From positions 1-64,000 of the forward strand of contig JBGARZ010000005.1 of assembly GCA_044229975.1 (NCBI GenBank): a stretch of DNA of 64,000 nucleotides. The letters run 5' to 3'. Below the pieces are notes generated by a model, which was given only the letters and a program-made list of their open reading frames with translations, was not told the DNA's origin and did not search any database. This DNA is from Polyangiales bacterium (lineage in GTDB: Bacteria > Myxococcota_A > Polyangia > Polyangiales > Ga0077539). Of this stretch, positions 28,612 to 38,349 are shown in pieces; the stretch's first letter is position 1, and each line of letters opens with the position of its first letter. The position numbers were made by a program, and so were the translations under genes.

Positions 28612-29619
28612 ATGGCTGCACGATGGCTCCCGCTGGTGATGGTGGGCTTGCTCTCCCCGGTGCCCCTCGCGGCCCAGCCGCACCCGACGGCCGACGCCGG
28701 CGCCCTGTCGCCTGCGGAGACCACGCGCCGCGCCGCGGCGGTGGCGCGCGTGGGCGATCAGGTCATCACGGTGGGTGAGCTCGAAGACATGCTCAACGAG
28801 GCCCCCGCCCCCGTGCGGCAGACCTACCTCGCGCCCGCGCGTCGTCGTGAGTTTCTCGAACACCTCGTCACCACCTACCTCCTCGCCGCCGAGGCGCGCC
28901 GGACGGGCGTCGACCGCAACCCCGACGTCGCCGCGGCGGTGCGTCGCATCCTGTCGCAGCGCCTCGAACAGCGCGCGGTGCTGGAGTCGGTGACCCCGGA
29001 GTCCATCCCGCTGACCGAGGTGGCGACCTACTACCAGGCGCACCTCGCGGACTACCAGCAGCCCGAGTACCGCCGCGCCACGGTGATCGTGACGACCGAC
29101 CGCGCGACGGCCGATCGGGTCGTCACCGAGGCCCGCGCCGCGCGGGGCGACCTGCGTCGGGTGCGCGCGCTCGTGCAGCAGCACTCGGCCGACGACGCGT
29201 CGGTGGCCCACGAGGGGGACGTCTTCTACTTCCAGCGCACCGGGGCGCCCACGGGGGACGGTCTGCCCGTCGATCCGGCGCTGGCCGCGGCGGTGTTCGG
29301 GCTCGCGCGCGAGATGGACGTCACGGCGCCCGTCGCCCTCGCCAACGGGCGCTTCGGAGTGGGCGTTCTCACCGGCACGCGTCCCGCGCTGCGGCGCGAG
29401 GTGACCGACCCGGGCGTGGTGGCGACCATCCGCGGGTTCTTGATGCGCGAGCGGCGCACGCAGCGCACCGACGCGATGCTCCAGGCGGCGCGCGACCGGC
29501 TGCACCCGGAGGTCCACGAGGAGCACCTCGGGCTCATCCATCTGCCGCCGGGTGAGCTGGGCAATCTGCCGCCCTTCGATCCGGCCAACCCGCAGCGCCC
29601 GGCGCACGCGCCGCACTGA
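28612..29619 (+). CDS. Periplasmic parvulin/PpiC-type peptidyl-prolyl isomerase or chaperone
   Basis: Signal peptide; VARVGDQVIT; YYQAH..DYQQPE; HSADDASVAHEGD. Confidence 0.8.
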   Translation: MAARWLPLVMVGLLSPVPLAAQPHPTADAGALSPAETTRRAAAVARVGDQVITVGELEDMLNEAPAPVRQTYLAPARRREFLEHLVTTYLLAAEARRTGVDRNPDVAAAVRRILSQRLEQRAVLESVTPESIPLTEVATYYQAHLADYQQPEYRRATVIVTTDRATADRVVTEARAARGDLRRVRALVQQHSADDASVAHEGDVFYFQRTGAPTGDGLPVDPALAAAVFGLAREMDVTAPVALANGRFGVGVLTGTRPALRREVTDPGVVATIRGFLMRERRTQRTDAMLQAARDRLHPEVHEEHLGLIHLPPGELGNLPPFDPANPQRPAHAPH

Positions 29620-29621
29620 CG

Positions 29622-31112
29622 ATGCCGACGCTGCGCGCCCAGGGTCTGCGGAAGGCCTACGGGGACTGCGTGGTGTTCGACGGGGTGTCGCTCACCCTCA
29701 CGCCCGGCCGCGTGCACGCGCTCGTCGGCGAAAACGGCGCGGGCAAGAGCACCCTCATCCGCTGCCTCTGCGGCCTCGTCGCCCCCGACGAAGGAACCAT
29801 CTCCCTCGACGACGCCGAGCTCCCCCGCGGAGACACCCGTCGCGCGCTCGCGGCGGGCATCGGCGTGGTTCACCAGCACTTCATGCTGGCCGAGGCGCTC
29901 ACCGTCGCCGAAAACGTCGTGCTGGGCGCCGAGCCCCGTCGCGGCCCCGGCGGTCTGCTGCTCGATCGACCCGCGATGGACGCGCGGGTGCGCTCGCTCG
30001 GCGAGGCGCGCGGACTGCCCGTCGATCCGAACGCGCGGGTCTCGACGCTCGGCGTGGGCGAGCGGCAGCGGGTGGAGATCCTGAAGGTGCTGCACCGCGG
30101 GGCGACGGTGGTGCTGCTCGACGAGCCGACGGCGGTGCTCTCGCCCACCGAGGTCACCGGGCTGCTCACGTCCATCCGCGCGATGGCCCAGCAGGGCTCG
30201 GCGGTACTTCTGGTGAGCCACAAGCTCGACGAGGTCTTCGCGACGGCCGACGAGATCACCGTGCTGCGCCGCGGGAAGGTGGTGCTCTCCTCGGCGATCA
30301 CGGAGACGACGCGCGAGGCCGTGACCACGGCGGTGATCGGCGACGGGCAGCATGTCGGGTCGGGCGGCGCTCCGACGGGCGACGTGGCGGGCGACGTGGT
30401 GCTGTCGCTGCGCGGGGTGCGCGGCGGGGGAGCGGGTCCCTTCGACGTGACGCTGCGGGCGGGCGAGGTGCTCGGTGTCGCAGGTGTCGAGGGCAACGGG
30501 CAGCGGGCGCTGTTGGAGCTCATCGCGGGCCTGCGCCCCTGCGAGGCGGGGACGATCACCCTCGCGGGCGCGGACATCACGACGGAGGGCGTCGCGGCGC
30601 GGCGGGCGCGCGGCGTGGGCTTCGTCCCGGAAGACCGCGAGGGCAGCGGGCTCTTCGGCGCGCTCACGGTGGCGGAGAACCTCGCGCTCGGGGACGTGGC
30701 CGTCGCGACGCGCGGCGGGCGCTTCGACGGGGCGAAGGCGCGGGCCGAGGCGACGGCGGCCATCGAGCGCTTCGACGTGCGCCCATCGGATCCGGACGCC
30801 GCCGTGTCGTCGCTCTCGGGCGGCAATCAGCAGAAGGTGCTCGTGGCGCGGGAGCTGGCGCGCGCGACGCGGGTGCTGCTGGTGGCGCAGCCGACGCGCG
30901 GGGTCGACCTGCTGGCGGCGGCGGTCATCCGCGAGGCGCTGGGGTCGCTGCGAGCGCAGGGCGTGGCGGTCGTGCTGGTGACGTCGGAGCTCGACGAGCT
31001 GCGGGCGCTGAGCGGGCGCGTGATGGTGCTGCGCAGCGGGGCGATCGTGGGTGAGGTTCCGGTGGCCGAGGCGACGGACGCGGTGCTCGGGGCGTGGATG
31101 GTCGGCGGCTGA
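29622..31112 (+). CDS. Tandem-domain sugar/nucleoside ABC transporter ATPase
   Basis: GENGAGKST, VHQHFML, LLDEPT, PEDR, LSGGNQQK and QPTRGVD. Confidence 0.92.
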   Translation: MPTLRAQGLRKAYGDCVVFDGVSLTLTPGRVHALVGENGAGKSTLIRCLCGLVAPDEGTISLDDAELPRGDTRRALAAGIGVVHQHFMLAEALTVAENVVLGAEPRRGPGGLLLDRPAMDARVRSLGEARGLPVDPNARVSTLGVGERQRVEILKVLHRGATVVLLDEPTAVLSPTEVTGLLTSIRAMAQQGSAVLLVSHKLDEVFATADEITVLRRGKVVLSSAITETTREAVTTAVIGDGQHVGSGGAPTGDVAGDVVLSLRGVRGGGAGPFDVTLRAGEVLGVAGVEGNGQRALLELIAGLRPCEAGTITLAGADITTEGVAARRARGVGFVPEDREGSGLFGALTVAENLALGDVAVATRGGRFDGAKARAEATAAIERFDVRPSDPDAAVSSLSGGNQQKVLVARELARATRVLLVAQPTRGVDLLAAAVIREALGSLRAQGVAVVLVTSELDELRALSGRVMVLRSGAIVGEVPVAEATDAVLGAWMVGG

Positions 31113-31129
31113 GAGAAGTGGGCGAGGGC

Positions 31130-33244
31130 CTACGGCAGCACGCCGTCGAGCACGAGGAAGTTGTCCGCGAGCAGGTGACCCCACGCCCCCGCCGAGGCGT
31201 CTCGCACCATCACCCGCAGCGAGCGCCCCGCGTACGGAGACAGGTCGACGCTGACGAAGCGGAGACTCTCGGCGTTGCGACCGCCCCAGGTGTTCACGGT
31301 CTGCCCGTCGACGAGGAGGTCGACGCCGACTTCGGGCGTGGCCCCGCCGCCCACCATGAACACCAGCGTCGTCGATGCGACGCCCACCCAGGCAGGCGAC
31401 AGCGCCGTCCCCCTCGCCGCGTCGCCGCGCGTGGGCGACCACGTGCTGAGGAGACGATCGCCGATGACACCGCTCAGCGGAAATTGCCCCGGCGCGGGGC
31501 GGTCGTCGCGCGGTTGCCCCTGCATCGCTTCGCCCGAGAGCTCCCAGCCCGCGAGGCCGTCGGGGCCCTCGAAGGTTCCGAGCGCGCGGCTCGTGACCAG
31601 GCGCCCGGCGACGCGGATCTCATTGCGGAGGCGGTCGAAGCGCACCGTCCCTCGCGCGAGCACCGAGTGCGCGCCGGAGCGAAACACGGGCTGGTAGTCG
31701 GGCAGGTAGTACTCCGCCGACTCGGGCCCGCTCGCGGACTCGTCGGCCGTGACGAGGTAGCGGGGCGGGCGCTCGGTGAGCGCGCGGGCGTCCTCGGCGA
31801 GCCAGTCGTGGCGGCGGTAGGCGCGGGCGTTCCAGGCGATCCACGGCGTCCAGAAGAAGCGTGACGGCGAGCGACGATGCGCCACGGCGTACATCGCGGG
31901 CTCGAAGTTGCGCAGCGCCACGGTGTCGGCGGGCGACGTGTGCGCCTCCAGCCAGCGGCCGATGGTCTCCTGCGCGGCGAGGTCGTAGTGGGGAATGGCG
32001 ATGGACGCGAGGTAGGCCGCCCGGTCGATGCGCCCGCGGGCGTACTGCCAGGCGGGCGTCGCGCGGCGCTGGTAGCCCTCGATGGGCTCGCAAGCGCGCC
32101 ACGGGAGCGTGACCGCGAAGAGCATGAGCGCCGACGCGAAGGCCGCCCCGAGCGCCGTCGAACGGAGGTGCAGCCTCGCGCCGCGCGCGAGGTCGTCGGC
32201 CGCGAGCGCCACGGGCAGCGGCAGCCAGAGCAGCACCGCACCCCAGTGGTACGGAAAGAACTTCCGCTGCACGACGACCCCGAGCGTCGCGAGCACCAGC
32301 ATCGTGAGGGCGCCGCCGTAGCGCCGTGCGAGCGCCCACGAGCGGGCCCCGATGGCCGCGCCGAAGCCCATCAGCGCCGCGAGCGTGGGCGTGAGGAGCA
32401 GCGCGAGGTGGAGCGTCGCCCAGGTCGCGACAGCGCGGACGTCCTCGGCGCGCGAGTGGCTCGCCGCCTCGTTGGCGACGTAGTAGGCGTTGCAGCGCAC
32501 GAGCACGTCGTAGGCTGCCGTGAGCGCGCCGCGATGCACCCCGAGGTACGCGACGAAGAGCGCGAAGGGGGCGAGCGCACCGAGCGCGAAGCGGAGGCCC
32601 GTGACGACAGCCCCGCGGAGACGCGGCGCCACAGCGAACCCGCGCGCGACGGCGAGCACTCCAACGGGCAGCGCGAGCAGCGCACCCGTGGGCTTGGCGA
32701 GCACCGCGAGGCCCGCGAGGAGTCCCGCGACGACGGTGGCTCTGGGGTCGGGCGCGCGGCGATGGACGAGGGCGAGCGCGACGATGGCGAGGCCGCTCGC
32801 GCCCACCTCGCACTGGGCCGTATGCCAGAAGTCCAGTGTGCCAAAGTAGGCCAGCGCGACGAGGAGGGCGGTCGCTCCATGCATACCTGGGAGCGCTCGC
32901 TCACCCCGCGGTGTCGCGACGGCGGCGAGGGCGACGCCCACAGTGAGAACCCAGGCGACCTCCACCACGCGAACGCTCCAGAAGTGCTCGCCGAAGAGCG
33001 CCTGCGCGAGGCCGTAGACGAGGAAGATGACCGGGGTCTTCTGCTCCATCACGTCGCGGTACGGGACCGCTCCGCGCAGCCACTCGCGGCCGACGTAGTG
33101 ATAGAGCCCGTGGTCACGCCCGAAGGGGTAGAGCAGGGCGGGCGCGGCGAAGCACAAGGCCGCGGTGAGCAGGAGCAGATCGAGCGCGTGGCGTCTCAGC
33201 CAGGGACGCGCGCGAAGGACGATCTCGGTCGCGGAAGGAAGCAT
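31130..33244 (-). CDS. GT-C (ArnT/PMT-like) membrane glycosyltransferase with C-terminal beta-sandwich
   Basis: RDHGLY...GAVPYRDVMEQKTP; LAKP motif; many TM helices. Confidence 0.8.
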   Translation of the reverse strand: MLPSATEIVLRARPWLRRHALDLLLLTAALCFAAPALLYPFGRDHGLYHYVGREWLRGAVPYRDVMEQKTPVIFLVYGLAQALFGEHFWSVRVVEVAWVLTVGVALAAVATPRGERALPGMHGATALLVALAYFGTLDFWHTAQCEVGASGLAIVALALVHRRAPDPRATVVAGLLAGLAVLAKPTGALLALPVGVLAVARGFAVAPRLRGAVVTGLRFALGALAPFALFVAYLGVHRGALTAAYDVLVRCNAYYVANEAASHSRAEDVRAVATWATLHLALLLTPTLAALMGFGAAIGARSWALARRYGGALTMLVLATLGVVVQRKFFPYHWGAVLLWLPLPVALAADDLARGARLHLRSTALGAAFASALMLFAVTLPWRACEPIEGYQRRATPAWQYARGRIDRAAYLASIAIPHYDLAAQETIGRWLEAHTSPADTVALRNFEPAMYAVAHRRSPSRFFWTPWIAWNARAYRRHDWLAEDARALTERPPRYLVTADESASGPESAEYYLPDYQPVFRSGAHSVLARGTVRFDRLRNEIRVAGRLVTSRALGTFEGPDGLAGWELSGEAMQGQPRDDRPAPGQFPLSGVIGDRLLSTWSPTRGDAARGTALSPAWVGVASTTLVFMVGGGATPEVGVDLLVDGQTVNTWGGRNAESLRFVSVDLSPYAGRSLRVMVRDASAGAWGHLLADNFLVLDGVLP

Positions 33245-33278
33245 CGGTGCGGTGCGACAGAGCACACCGCGCGCCGAC

Positions 33279-33998
33279 TCATGCAGGCTTGTGCGCGATC
33301 ACGAGGACGTAGCGCTGGTAGGGCGCTGGGAGCACGTCGCGCCGCACCTCCACGGAGAGGCCCGCGGCCTCCAACAACGCCTTCGCCCGCGGCAGCAAGA
33401 ACGTCAGGTAGTACATGACGAAGGGCGGGCTCCAGAGCGCGTTGCGCACCCTCATGGCGGCGTTGAAGGCGCGGGCTTGCAGCACGCGCGGCGCGAGGGG
33501 TGAGACGTGCTCGGCGGTGACGAAGACGAAGCGACCGCCGGGGCGCAGCGCCTTCGCGACGGAGGCGACGAGGCGCACTTCGTCGTCGTCGACGATGTGG
33601 CCGAAGGCACCGAAGCTCACGGCGAGGTCGAACTCGCGCGCGAAGGGGAGGTCGAGCGCGTCGCCCTTCACGAAGACCATCTCGGCGGTGCCGGGGTCGT
33701 CGGCGTGGCGTCGGCGCGCCTCGTCGAGCATCGGCGCGGAGAGGTCGACGCCCACGACGCGGTCGCGGCAGAGCGGGCGGAGAAAGCGCATGGCCGCGCC
33801 GGTGCCGCAGCAGACGTCGAGGGCGTCGGCGATGGAGCCGGGCGGCCCGACCTGCGCGGCGACGGCGGCGAGCAGGGTGTCGGGCGTGCGGTAGGGCGTG
33901 TGGTCGAACTTGGGCGCGAGCAGGTCGTAGCCGCGCTCCACGGAGGAGAGCGCCTGCTGCGCGAGCTCGAAGAGGGTCGGGCCGTCGGGATGGAACAC
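33279..33998 (-). CDS. Class I SAM-dependent methyltransferase
   Basis: LDVCCGTG, GVDLS..ML, GDALDLPF and LRPGGRF. Confidence 0.9.
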   Translation of the reverse strand: MFHPDGPTLFELAQQALSSVERGYDLLAPKFDHTPYRTPDTLLAAVAAQVGPPGSIADALDVCCGTGAAMRFLRPLCRDRVVGVDLSAPMLDEARRRHADDPGTAEMVFVKGDALDLPFAREFDLAVSFGAFGHIVDDDEVRLVASVAKALRPGGRFVFVTAEHVSPLAPRVLQARAFNAAMRVRNALWSPPFVMYYLTFLLPRAKALLEAAGLSVEVRRDVLPAPYQRYVLVIAHKPA

Positions 33999-34000
33999 GT

Positions 34001-36070
34001 CTACGGACCGACGCCTGCCACGAGGGGAAAGCGCCAGAGCTGGTCGCTCAGCGCCACGCCCGATCGGTTGATGACCAGGTGCTGCCAGGTCTCCACGTCG
34101 GCGCCGTCCTGCGTCTGCATCGTCTGGAGGTTTTGCGCGTACTGCCGGTGCAGGTAGTCGGCGAGCTCGCCCGCGCGCACCGCGCCATCGTGGTTGTTGT
34201 CCGACTCGGCGACGCCGCGCCGCAGGAAGTACGAGAGGTACCCGCCCGCCTGGAAGCGCTGCGCCACCTGCGAGAGCACGTCCTCCTCGGAGCTGTACAT
34301 CCCGAAGCGGTTGCGCGACGAGCCGAACGACCGCTCGAACCCGCCCGAGTAGCAGCTGTCGAGCGCGAGCATGTTCACGTCAGCGCGCACGCCGTCGAAG
34401 AGGGTTGCCATCTGGTGCGCTGTGATCTCGCCGTCACGCAGCACGATGGACTCCACGTAGCCGTCGGGGTCGGCCGCCGTGTCCTGCGACACCGCGCGAC
34501 TCCCGTGCCCCGAGTGGAAGAACATGAACACGTCGTTGGGCCCGACCCGCGACGCCATCGTCCGAAACGCCTGGCTCACCGCGCCCGTCGTCGCCTCGGC
34601 GTCGGTGAGCACGACGAAGTTCTGCGCCGAGCCGAGGTGCGCGTTGATGTACGACTGCGCGAGCTGGCGCGCGTCGTCGGCGCACCCGTACAGGTTGCCG
34701 CGGCCACCGTAGTCGCTGATGCCGACGAACACCCCGTACATGTTGCCCTGCCCCGCGCGGCCCGCGACGTTGCCCGCGGGGACCCCGTTGGCGGCCACCG
34801 TGGGACGCGCCGATGACGTGTACGACAGGCTGAACGGGCCCGTCGCACCAGGCCGGTACGACGACACCTCGACGCGGTAGCTCCCAGCCGTGGGGAGCGT
34901 CATCGTGATGGTGCTGTTGGTGTCCTGGGGGGTGGTGTCGTCGTTGTTCCAGCGCTGGCCGTTGGGGGCGATGAGCGCGAGCGTCGGGTCGAAGCCCGTC
35001 GACGTCAGCCGCAGCGTGACCATGTCGCCCTGCCGCCCGTCGAGGCGGTACGCGCGCACGAAGCGACCGCCCGACGACGGATCACCCGGCGTCAGGTACT
35101 CGTTGACGGGGGTGCCGGGAACGATGGTTCCACCAGGGCCGGTCTGCGCGTCGGGGGCGTTGTTGTTGGCCCCGGTGACCATGAGCCCCTGGCCCGGCGC
35201 GCCCGCGCTCACCTGGATGGTGTACGCGCCCGCCGTGCCCGGCGTGTACGAGGTCGCGACGATGCGATAGCGGCCGTCGATGGGCGCCGTGAAGTCCACG
35301 CGCGAGTTGAGATCGTCGCGCGAGACGTCGTCGTTTTCGACCGCGTCGCCCGTCGGCGGCTCGACGCGCAAGAGCGTGTCGAACTGCGGGCTCTGCATCG
35401 TGATGGCCACGCGCGAGCCGCGCTGGAGCGAGACGAAGTGTTCGTTCTGGAAGCGCCCCTCGGTGTCGCGCCCCGAGGTCGGACCGAGCGTCCCCTGGAA
35501 GGTCTGCGCCACCGCGCCGGTGCCCGTCGGCTGCGCCGTGGGCGCGGGCGCGCTCGGCCGCCCGTTGGGCGCAGGGATGGGGACCATCGTCACGCCACCG
35601 TTGTTGCCCGCGGGCGCCTGCCCCATCGGCTGCATCGATGGCTGCCCCATCGGCTGCATCGATGGTTGCCCCATCGGCTGCATCGACGGCGCCGCGATGG
35701 GCTGCATCGGCGGGAGCGGCGTGATGGAGAGCCCCGGCGTGGGCGGCGCGATGGGGATGACCGTCCCAGCGGGGTACGGGTTGTTGGGCTGACCCGTCGG
35801 GTACCACTCGGGGTGCACGCGGTGAAGGTCTTCGTTGTCGTTGGGCTTGTCGTCGGGCGGCTTCGGTCGCCCCTCGGTGACACCCACCGCGAGGCCGACG
35901 CGCCCCGGTCGCGCGGTGGTCGGCGCCTCGGCCACGCGAGGTCGGCCGTCGGGACCGAGCGCGTTGGGACCCGCCTGAACCGGCGGCGGCGCGGGCGACC
36001 GGTCGCGCTGACACGCGAGGCCCTGCGCCGCGAGGAGGGTGAGCACGAGCTGCGTCGGTCGGTGGTTCAT
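34001..36070 (-). CDS. Lipoprotein with two PPC-like domains and a C-terminal caspase-family (C14) peptidase
   Basis: Lipobox GLAC; FD..L...NDD repeats; VGISDY, LYGCADDA, HSGHG and DSCYSG His/Cys dyad. Confidence 0.85.
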   Translation of the reverse strand: MNHRPTQLVLTLLAAQGLACQRDRSPAPPPVQAGPNALGPDGRPRVAEAPTTARPGRVGLAVGVTEGRPKPPDDKPNDNEDLHRVHPEWYPTGQPNNPYPAGTVIPIAPPTPGLSITPLPPMQPIAAPSMQPMGQPSMQPMGQPSMQPMGQAPAGNNGGVTMVPIPAPNGRPSAPAPTAQPTGTGAVAQTFQGTLGPTSGRDTEGRFQNEHFVSLQRGSRVAITMQSPQFDTLLRVEPPTGDAVENDDVSRDDLNSRVDFTAPIDGRYRIVATSYTPGTAGAYTIQVSAGAPGQGLMVTGANNNAPDAQTGPGGTIVPGTPVNEYLTPGDPSSGGRFVRAYRLDGRQGDMVTLRLTSTGFDPTLALIAPNGQRWNNDDTTPQDTNSTITMTLPTAGSYRVEVSSYRPGATGPFSLSYTSSARPTVAANGVPAGNVAGRAGQGNMYGVFVGISDYGGRGNLYGCADDARQLAQSYINAHLGSAQNFVVLTDAEATTGAVSQAFRTMASRVGPNDVFMFFHSGHGSRAVSQDTAADPDGYVESIVLRDGEITAHQMATLFDGVRADVNMLALDSCYSGGFERSFGSSRNRFGMYSSEEDVLSQVAQRFQAGGYLSYFLRRGVAESDNNHDGAVRAGELADYLHRQYAQNLQTMQTQDGADVETWQHLVINRSGVALSDQLWRFPLVAGVGP

Positions 36071-36127
36071 GGTGTGGGTCGTCTCCGGACGCGATGATAC
36101 GTCGCCCAGCCTGACGGCATCACGAGC

Positions 36128-37798
36128 TTACGGGCGACGCGCGCAGCGAAACCCGATGCTGCGGCTGCGCACCGTCTCGGTGTGCCGCCCGCGCGTGGCC
36201 GCGCGCAGCGACGTCGGAACGCTCATCGCCCAGCTCCCCCCGCGAAACACCCGCAGCCCATCGGGGCTCGCCGCGGGACCGATCGGGTCGACGGACACCG
36301 CCGTCCCAGGCGTGCCGTACGACGGCGCGTAGAAGCTGCTCGTCCACTCCGACACGTTGCCCGCGAGGTCGGCCACGCCGGTCGAGGTGCGGTCGCCGCG
36401 CTGGGCACCGACCGCACACGTTCCGATGCGCGGTGAGTCGCCCGACCAGCAGGGCCGCGCGCCGGGGCCTTCGCTCCCCCACGGGTACCGTCCGCCCTCG
36501 GGGCCGCGCGCCGCGAACTCCCACTGCGCCTCGGTCGGCAGAGCCCTCGCCCCGCCCGCGTGACCCGTCCACGCGCAGTACTCCTGCGCCTGGCGCCAGT
36601 CGATGCAGTTGACCGGGTGCTGCCCGCGGTCGGCCCGACCCCAGTTGCAGTTGAGCCCCTGGTCGGGCGTGGCCTGCGGACGAGCGCCCGTGGCCCTCCA
36701 ATAGCGGGTGTACTCGCTGATGGTCACCTCGGTGCGGTCGAGGCAGAAGCCCGTGATGTTCACGACGTGGCGTGGGTGCTGGTCGACGTCACCGCGCCCC
36801 TCGCGCGTGCCCATCATCGTCTGACCACCCTGGATCCACGCCATGCCCGCCGGGCACCGCGCCGGCGCCACGGTCGGGGGCGCCTTCGACGCAGCGCGAA
36901 TCGATCCCACGGCGGCACGCGCGCCCACGGTCCCCTGGACCACGACCGCGGACCCGGCCAGCACCACCACCACCGCCACCGTCGCCGCGGCCCAGCGAGC
37001 GCGCGACGTGCGCACCGGGGCCTCGGCCACCGACTGCTCCCACGCGGCCTCAGCGTCGGCCGCGCTCGCGAAGCGCCCCGCCGACTCCGGCGCGACGCAG
37101 CCCTCGAACCACTCGTCGAACCACGTCGGCAGCGTGACGTCCGTCGCGCCGACCTCTCGCAGCCGCTCGCTCGGGGCGACGCGCGCCTCGCCCAGATCCA
37201 CCGCCCGCAGCACCGACTCGAAGGCCACGCGACCGCCCGACAGCATCCACAGCGTGAGCGCGCCGATCGCCCTGACGTCCGCCGCGGAGGACACCGCGAC
37301 CGCACGCCCGCGAGCGCCCTCCTGCCCGAAGCCCACCACGGTCACCCGGGCCCCGCCCGGACGTCCCGCCGACTCCACGAAGAGACACCCCGGCGTGAGC
37401 GCGCCGTGCACCCGCCCGACCTCGTGCGCCGACGCCACCGCGTCGAGCGCCTGCTGCACCACCGACGACACCAGCGCGAGCGGCACCGGCCCGACCTCGG
37501 CCACCAGCTCCGTCAGCGGTCGACCCGTCACGGGCTCCGTCACCTGCCAGGCCATGCCCCGCTCGAAGTCGTAGCCCGACCGCCACACCGTCGCCACGTG
37601 CGCGCTGTGCATCTCCGCGAGGCCCCGTTGCGCGGACCCATCAGGGCGAGGCGATGACGCCGCGTGGAGCGTGCCGTGCCGCCCGCCGTCGCGCGCCCTC
37701 ACCCGATAGAGCTGGAGCGGCCCCGCCTGCGCAAACGCAGACACGACGATGTACTCACCGCCCACCTCCATTCCAGGCTCGTACCGCCAGGTACCCAT
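36128..37798 (-). CDS. Pseudokinase-TM-FGE/SUMF1 (C-type lectin fold) domain protein
   Basis: Degenerate kinase (VHGALTPGCLF); TM; CLDRTEVT, LPTEAQWEFAARG, DLAGNVSEW, RGGSW and IGFRCA. Confidence 0.85.
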   Translation of the reverse strand: MGTWRYEPGMEVGGEYIVVSAFAQAGPLQLYRVRARDGGRHGTLHAASSPRPDGSAQRGLAEMHSAHVATVWRSGYDFERGMAWQVTEPVTGRPLTELVAEVGPVPLALVSSVVQQALDAVASAHEVGRVHGALTPGCLFVESAGRPGGARVTVVGFGQEGARGRAVAVSSAADVRAIGALTLWMLSGGRVAFESVLRAVDLGEARVAPSERLREVGATDVTLPTWFDEWFEGCVAPESAGRFASAADAEAAWEQSVAEAPVRTSRARWAAATVAVVVVLAGSAVVVQGTVGARAAVGSIRAASKAPPTVAPARCPAGMAWIQGGQTMMGTREGRGDVDQHPRHVVNITGFCLDRTEVTISEYTRYWRATGARPQATPDQGLNCNWGRADRGQHPVNCIDWRQAQEYCAWTGHAGGARALPTEAQWEFAARGPEGGRYPWGSEGPGARPCWSGDSPRIGTCAVGAQRGDRTSTGVADLAGNVSEWTSSFYAPSYGTPGTAVSVDPIGPAASPDGLRVFRGGSWAMSVPTSLRAATRGRHTETVRSRSIGFRCARRP

Positions 37799-37887
37799 CG
37801 GAGCGGCTTGGATACCACCCCTCCGTGGTCCGCCGAAACCCCTGCGTGGACCGATCCCATCGTGTGGTACCTCCTCGGCGCTCACCG

Positions 37888-38349
37888 ATGAGTCGCGACC
37901 CACTCCAGGACCCTGTTCTGCTCGATGCGCTCGACGCCGCGGACGTCGAGCTCGCCACCGACCTCGCGAGCGAGGCCGACCCTGGCACCCCTGGGCGTCG
38001 CCCGAAGCTCCTCGACCCCGCCCTCGCGGCGCTCTTCCCCGACGCCATCGAGGCCGCCACTGCGCGCGTCTCCGAGGCCGCCCGCCACTGGCGCGAGGCC
38101 ACGGCCCGCGAGGCCCCCTCCGTCGAGCGCCTCGCCACCGGCGGAACCCTCGACCGCGTCAACGTCGACCTCGTCTCAGGCTACCTCGCCGTGGTCACCG
38201 CCGAGGAGACCTGGTGGGCCTTCGTCGAGCGGCCCCACCTCGCGACCATCGTCGCGTTGCTGCTGCGCCGCCCGGTCGTCGAGGTCGAGGCCGCCATCGC
38301 GGACGGCCCCGCCACCCTCAAGCCGACGGCCGCGGCTCCGCCGACTTGA
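37888..38349 (+). CDS. Hypothetical protein
   Basis: 153-aa ORF with GC3-biased codons filling the gap between flanking genes. Confidence 0.5.
   Translation: MSRDPLQDPVLLDALDAADVELATDLASEADPGTPGRRPKLLDPALAALFPDAIEAATARVSEAARHWREATAREAPSVERLATGGTLDRVNVDLVSGYLAVVTAEETWWAFVERPHLATIVALLLRRPVVEVEAAIADGPATLKPTAAAPPT

Noticed and set aside
36128..36260. DGR variable repeat in the FGE/C-type lectin C-terminus
   Set aside because: I saw no second copy of this segment and no reverse transcriptase in the window.
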